From: Dicyema japonicum
Lineage: Eukaryota > Animalia > Dicyemida
Assembly (NCBI GenBank): GCA_011109175.1
Contig: RDEW01000059.1
Location: 62,001 to 126,000, forward strand
Direction of reading: 5' to 3'
Length of the DNA stretch: 64,000 nucleotides
Shown: piece by piece, positions 1 to 14,380 of the stretch
How positions within the stretch are numbered: position 1 is the first letter of the stretch
Layout: every line of letters starts with the position of its first letter
Translations under genes and position numbers: made by a program
Notes under the pieces: model-generated
The model's input: only the letters and a program-made list of their open reading frames with translations
Databases searched by the model: none
What the model was told of the DNA's origin: nothing

Positions 1-1260
1 TGACCAGGACATGTCCCCGAGAATCTTCTATACTTCGGTTTATGAATGTCCTCACTGAATGGACAGCGGCCTCGCATCCCAAGCGAATAGCGACGCCTAC
101 TTGAGGGGGTTCAAGAATTTTGTGACGAGTGGAATAGAATGTCTGAAGGCAATTTTAGCAGCCAGTCTTCTGAAGACAAACCCGACCGCAACTGATCGTA
201 CTTCGCCGCCTTTCTTATCGAAGGCTATCAAATTGGCGGAAAATAAGACATGGCGGATCCAGACAGAATCCGGTTCATAAGTGAAGTAATTGAATTCTTA
301 AGACGAATTCCCTGGTCTCCTACGGACAAAGAGGTTAGATCCTTCAGGTAGGCAGGTCTCATTCCGTCGAACCCGCCACTGCTACTAGGGGCAAAATGCC
401 GTATTGCGAGAAGGACTTCATCGTTTGATGCAATCAGGGGACTCACTCCGGATGGGGGAGTGACTTGGCGTAGGTTTTGGGGTGGCAGTGGATGCTTGTT
501 CAGCAAAATATTGTAGGCGTCTGGAGTCGGTTTTCGTTGTCTACTTAAGGAAAGTGCCCTGATGGCTGGTGCCACCTTCGATAAACTTCGACCGGACAGT
601 TCTCTTGAGACGGAGCACTTCGACTTCCTCGTTCTGACCACGTGTCTCCCTCGTACGGTTAGAAACCATAGGACAACTGGGGATGTGGATACCTCCATAA
701 AGAACGAATGTTGGTCCTCATGGTGGTAGCGAGAGACTCCTTTCCGTGACTATCTCGATCAAGTCCCAGTGTGGAAAGCGCAAAACTGAATAAGCGCATC
801 AAATCATGTACCGCGTTAGTCCGGAAGGCATCTTCGATCGTTTTGGAAAGGGCTTCAGCAGCGACAGGTCGCACGGCCTTGGGAATCCTCACAGGGATAA
901 TCCGTAAAAAACGTAATTCAGAGATGAGACGTAAAAACGTTTCAGAGTGCGTGGTTGGTGGGTAATTAACGGGAGAGTTAACATTGGCACGGACACGGGG
1001 AACCTCTCTGCATAGGCCGAGGCAGTGCCATACTCTAAGCACGCTCGCTGCGGCTCAGGATAGTTTGATACACTCGAGGTGGAAAAAATCTAAGCAGAGC
1101 AGGAGATCCCACGCTTCCGAGCTCTGACAAGCCGACAGGACGAACACATCTCAGTTGACTTGGCTGGTACCTTTTTCTCCTAAGTGGGAATATTCTTTCA
1201 CGTGCTTTTCTCACAACAGGCATAATCACAACAACGACCGTCCACAACAACACGTATTTC
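1..1260 (-). mobile_element. CRE-like non-LTR retrotransposon, 5' part (PHD-like finger + start of RT), decayed, runs off the window start
   Basis: Minus-strand translation gives FAPSSSGGFDGMRPAYLKDL, DKKGGEVRSVAVGFVFRRLAAK and QVGVAIRLGCEAAVHSVR, matching CRE-clade RT motifs; frameshifts and stops present. Confidence 0.8.
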
Positions 1261-1399
1261 AATTTATTGTTAATTGGGCTCCTAAATTTCTCCATTCTCT
1301 TTAATTATCTGATGCAAATAAAAGTATTCTCAATACATTCTAGGATCTTTTTTGCGCAGTCCTGCAATCTGTCTGATAAACTGTGCCGTGCTAATTCCA

Positions 1400-1600
1400 A
1401 GCATTTTGAAACCTCTTCAAGTGAGAGTCTAACCCTCCTGAACCGTATCGGATCTCCCATCGCAAGGAAGAAAAAAGATATTAAAGAAATGAATTGGCTT
1501 ATTGAGTGTATTTTCTTACAAATCGTCATGGGAAATGGGGCTTTTAATTCCTAGAGAGACCCACCTTTACTGAAAGGAACTTGTAGTAGTTGTTAAGTGT
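1400..1600 (+). mobile_element. 3' terminal fragment of CRE-like retrotransposon
   Basis: TLLNRIGSPIARKKKDIKEMNWLIECIFLQIVMGNGAF parallels the C-terminus of the copy at 24100-24240. Confidence 0.65.
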
Positions 1601-1786
1601 AGTTACTGCAACTTTTGCAGTATCGAGTGACTATTGAAGCGCCCAAAATTTTCTAGAGTAAATATAATGTTTTATAATAAATTTATTTTGTCAATTTATT
1701 AGTTACTATAAAAATTACATGTTTAAATGAATGACATTAAAAATTGATAAATGACAAAATGTTGGATATAAAGTAAATTGGACAAT

Positions 1787-4328
1787 TTATTGAGTATTCA
1801 GGCATAGAGTGGAGAGGAGATTATCAGGAACAGCACTCTTTCCTTTATGGACAAAGACAGTTATATTCATATGTGGTTCTGAATCATAAATGGTTGACTC
1901 ACATCCATAATACTCAGCCATCTTCTCAATAATAGAGCACTTATCAAAGTTCATTATTGGGAAATCATAGACCATACTATTTTGATCACTCTACCATTAC
2001 ATAACAAATAATACTAAATTAATCCACGTGATCAAGTCACACAGTGTCTTCTCCACATACTTAATAAACTTTATATTTTGCCTACATATTCATAAATACT
2101 AACTTTGCAGTCTGAATGAACACATTATTGAATGCGTAAACAACATTCATCTCAGAAACACCAAAGAGTTTTGTTAAAGCGTTCATCCTCCTCTGTTTGA
2201 CACAAAAATCATTACATTCCAGTTCACTACATGTCATAACACAACTGAACCTCTTTGCTTGAGAACAGATCGTCTTTTCCGAGCGACATTTGCACTCACA
2301 GTAGACGTCCACCTATACTAGTCACAAACGATTACCATTTTACTACAAGGTTCTACACAACACTCAGTGTGACTACTACACTGGGTAGCACACATGTGAG
2401 GGCAATCAGTCCTTCTTGTGTTGCATAATTGATTGCAGACACCACAGGGACCCTTAATATTATATTTTGAATACTCTATGACATGTGAGGATGCACTTGT
2501 GACGACCACAGGAAAGAGGCTTATTGCACTTATCCCCACAGGAAAATGACTTTAGGTAACACAAAACAGAGTCAAGTTTCTATATAAGACAACAACTAAC
2601 CTTATGTCCACCATAACACTCTGCTGTTATGCGTGCATTACAGGGGGGACACTGACCGGTTAGGTGACAGTTGTGATTCACTAATAGTAAAACAAAGCCC
2701 AACCAGGATGAATACCACATTCGTGAATTCTAGCACAAGGATGTGAGCAGACCGGTGGTTGAGTCCCACATCGTGTTGGAGGACAAATCACAGTCTTTCC
2801 ACAGTGACAACTCAATTCATCGTGATCTAACACTATAAATAATATTTACTGAATTGACTGCATGGCTTACACTTTCCTGAGTGACAAGTCTCCTCACATT
2901 TGTGATTTTTACAGTTTAGTGGTCTCTCACAAGTATTACTGCAGTAATGCAGAACTAAACTTGCCATAAATAATACCCAAAGGACAGCAACTTTGGTTGC
3001 ACGTGTGTCGTTTACACATTTTTCTACTATTGCATAAAATCTTGCATTTTATAGTCAAATTATCTATAATTGAACAAACAGCCAACTTTTGAGGTTATCA
3101 TGGACTTCCCTGCACGTGATTAAATTTTTGTCTTTTTACAGACACAGTACACGAGACATGTATTATTGAGACAGTAGTTCGGACAATCACCCACGTGGCA
3201 TTTTAAAGGACATGTGTGACTTTCATTACTGATATCCTCTAGTCCACAAAGAAGGGTTCTTCCACATATTTTGTCACAGGTTGGGAGTGAGGTTAAGACT
3301 CCAACTTTTTCTTCAAAAATTTCAGAGATAGGAGTCTTCCCACAAGAACAGGTCGAGAGATTCTCAATGTGGAAAGGACAAGTGGGACATTCTCCGACAT
3401 GACATACCTCCCCACACTCGTGTACACCACAAGCCAGCTTACGGCGACAAATCCCATAACAGGAAAACTGATTAGTTCCTTCACAACAATTAATCCGTCG
3501 TGTTTCTCTCCCACAAAAGCATTCTAGTGATAAAATTCAATTTACTCAAATCCACCTCCTCCTCACAGCTCCCACATTCCCCAGGATGGCATATTCGACC
3601 ACAGATATGTACTCCACAGTCCATGAAACGTCCACATTTGTTTTGTCTGACATGAAAATCCAGTCATTTGGCAGATCTCGAGTTTACTGCCCTCTAAAAA
3701 CATAACAACCTCACTCTCCCACAGTAGCAAGTAGTTGTGATGTTAATGACACAACTTGGACATTTTCCTGGGTGACAAAGAGCCACACATTTGTGAGAAC
3801 ATTGTCTAACTCTGCCACAAATCCCACCACAGCTGTGAGCAGTTATACTGTAGTCGTTCATAGGAGGGTCCTTCATTTTCCCACAGAAACACCCTCGATT
3901 ATACAAGATCTTACATATAGTTGTTGGGAATAATGGTCTTTCTTGATTTACAGGAAGGACAATCCCATACTTCTTCACGTAGACTTGACCGAGCCCACTC
4001 TCTGATGCACTTAATGTGGTACACATTATAGCAGTTGAGACAACTCCAAATCCTAGAGTTTCTAGTGATCCCACTACAACAAATTGGACAGTCGCAGCTT
4101 TCATTATCAAGTTCTTCAATCAGTCTTTCACGAAGATTTAAGTTATTTTGACTGTATTTACAACAGGTTCTGTCTTTTTGCAAATAATTTTGCGTTATAA
4201 ATTTCTTATTATATTGAGGCCTCCATCTGCCAGTTTGTGTTGAATGAGCTTCTCTGATTTCTGTAGTCTTTATTTTTGTTGTAAGTAAGTGATGGATCCA
4301 CGTCACGATGATCTCTAGAATTCGACAT
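1787..4328 (-). CDS. NFX1: NF-X1-type zinc finger protein with N-terminal RING, NF-X1 repeats and C-terminal R3H domain; many micro-introns
   Basis: RING CPICC...[21 protein letters not shown]...WDCPSC; repeated C/H-rich units ([26 protein letters not shown]); R3H-like [22 protein letters not shown] ending TAA at 1787. Start codon (4328) and exon joins approximate; indels present. Confidence 0.88.
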
Positions 4329-4429
4329 TAATGTGACACTAATAATGATATAAATTTTAATCATTTTTAATTTAAATTTAGTATTTATGTTTATTTTTTA
4401 GTTGTTGGATTTTCTTATCGTTGGAGCAT

Positions 4430-4690
4430 CTATATAAACAATTTGTTATACGGAATATCGAGTATGTCTTTTCTGCATGGATTGCCGCTCTCACTATTGG
4501 CGCAGAGCAAGTGGAAGTGCTACAAAATCGATATCAAACTATATTTGGACGCCTGCCCAAGATAAGAGAAGAAATCTTCCATTTTATGGAGATTAATTAA
4601 GGACTCCAAGACTAACCGCTAAAAAAGGACTGGTATGGACACCGGGATCACTTACTTAAAAGATAACTCTTTTCCTCTTTCTTGTGATTC
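4430..4690 (+). mobile_element. LINE RT C-terminal remnant
   Basis: LYKQFVIRNIEYVFSAWIAALTIGAEQVEVLQNR resembles the LINE fragments at 14000-14100 and 47850-47950. Confidence 0.5.
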
Positions 4691-5918
4691 CGGAGTTAAA
4701 TTTAATTAAATTTTTTAGTTGTTAATATTGTTATTTTGTTTGACCAAGAGAAGGAAGTACTAATCATTTCGAATGGTTGGAAGACATTGTGAAATAGTAC
4801 ATCATTACCAGCTCAACCAAAAAGAAGAGGCTAATAGAATCGTTTCTGGTGCCGCGCGTGTTTGAATATACCCATATTTTATACGTTCTGTTGTTAATAA
4901 TGAATATTTTTATGAGAGATAATATTATTCTTAAGAGATCGGAATCGAATTAAGAGTCATGTAAATGAGGAAGGACGGACATTGCTATTCATTCTTAAAA
5001 TTGAGAGCGAAACTCCTTATAATATCCAGCAGCAATCGTGAAGATGTGGAAATCGTCTAGATAACATATGTTGAAGGCCGAAGTTTTGTGATTCTTTCGA
5101 TTGCAAGGCAGTATAGCAGGAGTCCACGGGAAGTTTTCTAGATGTGCTCCAGAGAACTATTAGGTAGTATCCGAATAGTAGGGATGACGGCAAACTATAG
5201 GACTGGCTGATAATTCTGATGATATTAAGAGAATATATGTTTTCGGTAATTTTCTATGCTGCGGTTTTTTTAGTCGAATGGAATGGACAGTGTCCTCGTA
5301 TCCGAGACATACTCCGACTCTCACTCTAAGAGGCTTTACGAATTTTGTTACAAAAGGAATATAATATCGAGAGAAACTCTAGGCACCCAGCCTCCTAATT
5401 AGGTGCACTTTCCTCCATTTTATCAAGGAGATCTAATTGGCTAGCAGGACTGGCAAACCACTTCGTGAAGTCCTCCAGACAAAATCCGGTTCTTATGTGA
5501 GGTGATTGATTTTTTAAGACAAAGTCTGATCTTCAACTGACCGGGCTCAATCTGTCGAGACCACCACTGCTTCTGGGCAAATTCTGTATTGAAAGTATTT
5601 CATCATTTGATAGGATGAAGGAACTCACTTTGGCGGGAAACTGACGGGGTGCAGATTGTGAGGTTGTGGATGTTTGTCCAATAGAGTGTTATAAATGTCC
5701 AGAGTTTGTTTACACGGTCCTCTTGAAGAAAATGGTTTGATGGCTGGATGGGTTTCACCTTATGTAATAGTAAACTACCAGACAATATCATCGAAATTAT
5801 GTAATGCTATATTAATAAAAAAATAAGTTCTCTCAAGTTTTGAACAGATTCCTAGTACCACGACAATGAGAGGAAGGGCCTTTTAGTGAGACCAAATTGA
5901 CATATTAGTTAGAGATAA

Positions 5919-6732
<814 letters not shown>

Positions 6733-7664
6733 AAGAAGAAATAATATTAATTTATATATTTTCAAAATATACTATTAACTTTAAACAAAATATATTATAT
6801 TATCAGAAACTAGAGAGTTTCAAGGCCAGCTAGTGCACATTCTCGGAATAATTGTCAGGGCTACACATCTTTGTATCTTTCTCCAGCACTGCTGTAGTCG
6901 CAGTTACACGACTCCAGGTTATTTGCCTAACATTGATCTTTAATCCGATGTCGATATTATTTTACTTCTGATGAGTTCTTTTCAGGAATAGTTTCGAAAG
7001 ACAGCTAGTTGTTGCTTTTAAAACAATACAACCATCCGTTGGACGTCTTAAATTATTGTAATATCAGATAACTTCTATTTTCCTTGCAATACTCTTTATG
7101 AAAAGTTCAGAAACAGAAATCACATCGACTCGGTTTCCAAAGACGGGAACATCGAACAGGACGCATATAAAAATTGTACTTAAATTTTGGATGTGGTTTC
7201 CCCCAAAACGGCTTTTTGTCATAAACGCCTTTAATGAGTTTTTTTTTGATTTGAGATTTTGTCTCCCCAATTTCGTAGATTTGTATAAGCGCATCAGAAA
7301 AACTAATAACCCTTTCCAGAGGAGTAGTAATGTTTACACTACAAAACCTTCATTTGGACAGGACATACTTTTATTTTAAGAGGAAAAAACAGTTCTGCTA
7401 ATTAATAGTGAAAAAAGGGGTCAAGGAATCAAAATTATTATTAACTTCATTTTTGGTTATTGCAAATCCCTTTAGACGATCCAGTGACGTATCATCCCGT
7501 CTATGGTCATGAGAAAAGGAAGACAGAGGCTTTTATCCACCATAAAGCAAAGTAGACATTTAGTGCAATAGATGTATGTCATCCCTTAACCTTCCGATCA
7601 ATTAACTGACAATGGAGAGGATACTGTGATCATTATTATTTTTTAATCAATCGATGCTGCACAT

Positions 7665-10563
7665 TGGTTAAGGTGGTGACGTCCCTCTTGAAAAGTATGT
7701 CTGAAAAACACGAAAATTGCAACCTAAATGACTTCTCTCTTTTAACGTTCAATGTCAGAGGACTCTCTAGTGCATGGAAAAGAAAAGAACTTTGTGAAGA
7801 CCTTTCAAAATACAAGATATCAGTCGGATGTCTCCAAGAGACAAAATATCAAAGGAGTTTGAAGAACAACATAGAAAGTTTAAGTTAATCTTTCTCTCTG
7901 GGGGATCAAAACATTACGGACTCGGATTGCTGTAAGAAAGGACCTACTCCGGCGCATATACCGTTATTGGACAATCAATGAAAGGATTGGGATTCTACAA
8001 ATAACATTGGACGATATAACTCTCCGAAGAGTTATCTTACTATTATTAACGCATATGCTCCACATAGTGGATGGATCAATAAGAAACCCGAGGAAATTGA
8101 CGACTTTTATGAGAATCTGTCTGATGTTTATTCCAATTATGCAAATTCCACATTAATATTGATTGCCGGTGATAATGCAAAAGTTGAAATCGAATCACTA
8201 TAGAAGAAGCATTCATTGGAATACATGGAAGGGGAAAAGGAACATTGCAGGAACCTTGTTAGCTAGCTTTTGTCAAGCAAATAATCTATTCCTTTGTGAC
8301 ACATCCTTTATGCACTCAGCAAGACACAGGACAACTTGGTCAGACAATAGAACTAAATCTGACAAAAGCATTGCGAAAATCTACAATCAAATAGATTACA
8401 TTATTTGCAGACAAAAAGACCGCAGTATTGTCACTGATGCCCGTGCTTATAGAGGGTCTATAATTGACAGCGATCACAAGACGGTTATTGCCAAAATGTG
8501 TATAAAGAAACTTATGTTTTTGCAAGGGATTCAAAGAAAGTGCAATGGACACACGGAACTGCGGGGGAAGGGATACGTTTAAGACCATCTAAAGAACAAT
8601 ACTATCCAGGGAGATGAATTCAGAAAATACCTCGATGAGGATTGGAAGAAATATCAGTAGATTTGACACCGCAAATTGCGTGGACCTTGGTCAAACAGAA
8701 GATCATGATTGCTGCTGATATATACCTGAAAAAGGACTACGTAACTAATACACCCACTGAAGAAGCAACCGTTTTGAAATCATTGTTAATCAACAAAACG
8801 ATATGGATACAATGTCTAAATACAGATGACAAAAATACGAAACAGCGGCTACAAAAGGAAAGAACAGTCATCAAAAGAAAATAAAAAAGCTGCACGTCGG
8901 ATATTAAAGAACAAAACAATAAAAAATAGAGAAAATCGAAGGCCTTAAAGACAATACGAAGTTTTATGAGCTGTCGGACAATCAAAACTACTTATAGCGG
9001 ATTATTTTGAAGCACAATTCGTATCAAAAAATAGCAAAAAACTCACATTAACACGGATCAGGGAAAATTATACGAAGAAATAACTTTGTAAGAAGTGATG
9101 ACACCAAGTTACAAACTGAAGGACAATAAGAGTCCCGGCCAGATGGCTTAAATGGTGAATTTTTCAAATATGAACTCAAAAGATATACATGATAATTGCC
9201 TGGATTCTAAACGAAACGTACGTAAAGGAGCACTTTGCCACTTGGAGAAGGACTATTGATACCAGTACAGAAGCCAAACAAAAAATCGGGGAAAGTTGAG
9301 AACCTAAGACCAGTGGTATTACCAACACATTACGGAAGATAGCCAATATTACGCTTCAAAGAATGGAGGGACGCCTAGACTCGTACCTGTCGCTTATCAA
9401 AGTGGCTTCCGCAAAGGGAGATCAACGTCAGATGTTATATGGAGCCACAAATGGAGAAGTGCGACTGTTCAAAAATTTAAATAACGACAACCATTCTGGG
9501 GATTGATATGTCAAAGGCCTTTGATTCCGTCAACAGGAACAAAGCTGCTGCAAATACTGGAAGCACTTCTTGGAAGGCTCAACGATTAGGATGGTCAGGA
9601 CACTCTTGACGGACACGAGTTTGATGGTCAGGACTGGGAAAGCTTTATCGAGGACATTTGAAACAACAATTGGTACCCTCAAGGAGATCCATTATCATTT
9701 GTTCATTATTTATCTGGAGGCAGCTCTACGAGACTTGAAGCCTCATATCGGAGAAGGAACGAGCATAATAGCATATGTGGATGACGTGGACTTTATTTCG
9801 AATAACAAAGAAGAGTTTATTGCAATTTTGGAGAAAATGCCTGATAAAATGGCTGAATGGTCACTAAAAGTAAACACAAACAAAACCGAAATCACGGAGC
9901 TAAAAAAAGTGAAGAAAGGACCGAGGAGAATTGGCGTAGATAAAAAAACAAAGATCTCTTCTTGGTGACCAAAGATATAACACGAAGGAAGACACTAACT
10001 AACGTCGCTTCCAACAAAATGAGAAGACCTGCTCTGCAAAAGGGCTTGACCCTAAAACTCGAATGAGACTATACAATGCCCTAGTGAGGCCATCCTATTA
10101 TATAATGCCGGTACATGGGCATGTACAGGGCAGGAACTCGAAAAGTTGAATTCTTTTCACAGAAATCATCTCCGACACTCCTTTCTTCCGAAGCTTTTCA
10201 AAATTCCGTCCGAAATCTTATACAAGAGAACAGGAACTGAGCCAATATCATATTACTGATTTAAGGTGGAGGCTGTTGGACACATACCACCACGATATGG
10301 GGACCCCTGCCAACATAGCAATGGAGGAGTATTTTGTCTTAGAAGCTTCTCGTTTCCGCGGCCGGCCGAGGACAACACTGCCGGTTATTCTAGATGAAGA
10401 TCTCAGAGGATTGGAAAGTGCCTTAAAGATGGGGACGATCTAGATATGCTACGGAACATGGCAACGGATCGAAAAAAATGGGGGACGTTAATTAGATTGT
10501 TAATTTTTCGTGTTGCACATGCTTTGTCATGATCTTGGCATCGCGTACGTGCCTATAATAATA
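7665..10563 (+). mobile_element. RTE-like LINE (APE endonuclease + RT), near full length, with frameshifts
   Basis: APE motifs TFNVRGL, CLQETK, INAYAP, NQIDYII, DSDHK; RT motifs SPGPDG, ENLRPV, GIDMSKAFDSV, YVDDVDF, LLYNAGTW; (TAA)n tail; 11-bp TSD ATGCTGCACAT at 7654-7664 and 10564-10574. Confidence 0.9.
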
Positions 10564-11382
10564 ATGCTGCACATACAATTTTGAAGATGTTTAGGCGAGG
10601 ATCAGCTAAAACCATCTTGAACATACATGATGAGTTCACTCACTTTGATCGACATTAAACGCTTTATAGTTCGTATAGTCGACTACTTTGGCAAGTAATG
10701 TAATCGTAGTGACATTTTACCTTTTTATATTTCGAAGGAGATTTTCACTCGCTTGATTTAATGTTCATTTCGAAATTATAGAAACAGTTAAATGTTTATT
10801 GGTAATAATTGAGTTATTGTATACTATTTTTAACTTATGGCTTTTCATTGTGAATATTGGTATATCCCTCACTATTTTTCACATCCATTGTCTACAAATA
10901 CTACTTGTAAGTAATCCCAATCTCTATGATAGTTATGTCCTCCAATCATAATGTATGACTCGCAACAAAGATTCACTGGAGAAGTCACCGAGTCTCACGA
11001 GCGTCGTGTCTTTTATAGCTAGATGTCCAAGTTTATTTAAGAAACAAAGCGATTCCCCATGGTTAGAGAATTATCGAGTGATATTGAAGATGCTATTTGT
11101 TAAATATAATTTTTCCACACTTCATATTTGGTTTACGGGGAGTATGGAGCGAAGTATAGGAATTTGTCCCCTGTACGTTAGGGGGAAAATTCCGGAACGT
11201 ACGTACGACGATAATATTAAAATAAAAGAATTTTCAGCCAAATTTATTATTCGAAGCAATATTGGTAGCAATGGGGGATTCAAAATTGAAATGGGAACTC
11301 GAAGACAGTATCTGAACAGTTATTTCAAGAGTTCATATGGAGACAAAAGCATAAGAACACCGAATTTGAAGCAATGTTGGTA

Positions 11383-13074
11383 TTATTATTATTAGCACTT
11401 TCACGAGAGCCATAATATTTATAGCCCCGCATGTGCAGCAAAAAATATAAGAGAATTAGTTAGGTTGCTCCAAGCTCTTCTGTTCTTTGCTAGGTCCCTC
11501 AGTGAGTCCAGGTCGTCACCAGATGCCAATGTTTTCTTCACGGCTTTCAGATCGTTTTGTAAACAAGGATTGTTCTCGGTCTTTCACGAAAGCGTTTTAC
11601 ATTGGAGGAGTAGTAATCTTCCATTGCGATATTCGGAGGGGATATCGGGTCCAACCTCAGGACGTGTCCAAAAAGTCTCCAATGAGAGCTAATGATCTCG
11701 TGGCTTAATGGTATACAGTCACACTTATTGTACAGTCCATTCCGCAAGATCTTGGATGGCCAGGACATTCCAGTTATGTTTCTTAGATGATTCCTGTGAA
11801 ATGAGTCTAGCCTCTCCAATTCCTCTTTAGAGGTGGCCCAGGTCCCAGAGTTGTATAGTAGAATTGGTTTGATGAAAGTGTCGTATAACATAATCCTTTG
11901 TTTTATGTTATATCCTTTCCGTTTTAGCCAAAGATTTTTCAGCCTTTGTAATGCCGCATTTGCCAATGTTTTTCTCCGTATGATGTCTTCGTTATCTCCT
12001 AGTAGTGAGCCCAGTTTCTTTTAGTGTCCCCATTTTTTTCGAGTGAGTTGTTCATTCTTTTTATCTCTGTCCGTTCTGTTTTTTCCCTGTCCACGGTGAG
12101 AAACCATTTCTCAAGTATATCTGGTGATTTTTCTAGTACATGCTCCAGGAGTTCTTTGTCTTCAGAAATTAGGTCGACATCATTTTTCCTTGATATAATG
12201 GTCTCAGTTCCCTCATAGCGGCCTCCAAGTATATTGTGAATAGTAGGGAGAGAGGGAGTCTCCTTGAGAAGTACCTGTGTTTGTTTCAAATTTTCTTGAG
12301 TAGGTTTTTCCAACTATCACAAGGAGTTCTGTGTTAGATAGAAAAATTTGAATCATTCTTAGACTCGATTCGTCAATAAACCTTTCCAGCATGTCATCAA
12401 TTTTTTCATATTAACCGAGTCAAAGGCTTTTGATAGATCTATTCCCAGAATGTGGATGGCATTGCAATATCTTTGATGTGTTGCACATCTCCATCTGTGA
12501 CTCCAGACTGCATCAGCTGTTGATCTTCCTTCTCTGAACCCACTTTGACTTTCATATATGGGTCCTTTTATTCATTCCAATACAATGTTAGCTAAGACTT
12601 TCCGTAGAGAATTTGATAATATAATAGGTCGTAAGTTTTCAACCGGTCCTTTGGGTTTATTGGTTTTTGTATAGGTATTAGTAATCCCGTTCCCAGGGCA
12701 AGGTTGAGTTAGTTGAAAACATTTCATTTAGTAGTGTAGCGATTTTTTCAAAAAGGGGTCAGGCCCGTATTTCAGTAATTCTGGGTTTATCGTATCTGGT
12801 CCAGGGCTTCTGTTATTTTTTAGTTTTTGACATGCTGTTTTTACTTACAAAATTGAAATTGGTTCTTTTAAGGTCTAGGCTTTCTTTGAATGGGGATTGC
12901 TGTAGTCACATTAAAAAGTTTCTCAAAATTGTTGCAATTACCTCCGCTTGTTCTTCAGTATTCAGTAATGTCTTGTAATTTTTGTCTTTGATGATTATTC
13001 GTTTTTTTCCGGTTTGTGTGGCGTAGTAAACGAGCGGCTATATACATTTGCGAATGGTAGCAATAAAGAATTTT
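11383..13074 (-). mobile_element. 5'-truncated RTE-like LINE of the same family
   Basis: SPGPDT, ENLRPIIL, GIDLSKAFD, YDTFIKPILLYNSGTW, WRLFGHVLR; (TAA)n tail at 11383-11395; candidate 11-bp TSD CAATGTTGGTA at 11372-11382 and 13075-13085. Confidence 0.88.
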
Positions 13075-13127
13075 CAATGTTGGTAGCAATAGAGAATTTT
13101 CGGCTTCCAACAACTAATTACTACTTA

Positions 13128-13603
13128 CAGGGTTTTCCTATTTATTTAATAGGTTTTCCTACTTTTGTCAAGGGTAGAATTAAAAAAACCAATTTTATAA
13201 TTAATTGAAAAAAAAACAACTGTAAATTAAAATTCATCATTAGCCAATGCTTTAACTAAATAGTTCCGCATGTGGCTATACAAATTATTGCACACATCTG
13301 ATGGAATTTCTCAGATGTTTTGGATTGTGTTTTTATTCCTCAGAGTTCCTACAATTTTTTATGTTATTTTCCAAACAGAAAAAAACTCTTCAATTGGATA
13401 AAGTTGAGGAGTATAAGGAGGCAAAAAATACAATTCATACCCTATACACTTAAAAATTAATTGGATACCAGTTTGTTTTTATAGGGACTTAATAATCCAA
13501 TAAATATAAATAATGATCCCAAAATATATAAATAATAATCCATAAATATTTTACAAAGTTATTAAACATTTGACAAAGTTATTAAATAAATAGGAAAACC
13601 CTG
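13128..13603. mobile_element. Non-autonomous MITE, Tc1/mariner-type termini
   Basis: Perfect 24-nt TIRs CAGGGTTTTCCTATTTATTTAATA; TA directly outside both ends (13126-13127, 13604-13605); AT-rich non-coding interior. Confidence 0.8.
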
Positions 13604-13689
13604 TAATAATAATAAAATTTTAAAAATTTACTATTAAATTTTCAAATTATTCGTAAGCGAATAAAAATTCAATATTTAATTTTCAACTA

Positions 13690-14380
13690 AAAGAATTATC
13701 CAAAATGCTACAGAAAGATTACAAATTAACCTGGACCGACTCAACGCCTGGGTAATGAAGAACGACTCACGATAAATTCCAGAAAGTCGGTCACGTCTCT
13801 GTTCACTTCGGACAAAAGGTTGGGGAAGATGACTGTCAAGTTAAAATTGGACAACGTTGAAATCCCCTTCACCAAATGTCAGAAGATCCTGGCGTGACAC
13901 TGGATACAAACCTATATTTGTCACCACACGTGGCAAACATTGTTCTGAAGTGCGAGAAGAGGATCAATGTATTAAAATGTTTATCTGGAATATGGAAGAC
14001 AGGTACCACTCAGTCTTGATGAACATTTGCAAACAATACATCGAACCATGCTTCTCGTACGAGTGTGCTTCGTGGGGACCTTCATTATCATGGACGAACA
14101 CTAAAAAAATCGAGGACGTTCAAAAGAAGCTTTCAGAATGACGGAGCGGTGGTCTTGTGGGAGACACAGAACCGAACCGACTACTCTGGGAGGCCCTCAT
14201 TAAACAAAACTCCGGCATGCGGGAAGGTGGCTCTGCAAATACAGTCAGCCGCCCAGTACGAGCTTGTGTGGGTACGAGGGAGGAGCACCGGGAAAAAATG
14301 AGGATTTTGGCGGAACGCATCGGGATCACGTGATAGTTAGTTTTGGTTTTACCGTGGTCTTGGATGTTAAATAAATAAAT
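13690..14380 (+). mobile_element. 3' fragment of an APE-type LINE ('family A')
   Basis: KILGVTLD...HVANIVLKCEKRINVLKCLSGIW...KQYIEPCFSYECASWG; ends in the GGGATCACGTGATAGTTAGTTTTGG terminal motif and an A-rich tail. Confidence 0.75.

Noticed and set aside
10955-11395. 146-aa ORF as a Tc1/mariner transposase (HIWFTG)
   Set aside because: One weak motif, catalytic Asp absent, and the ORF end is the antisense LINE tail.
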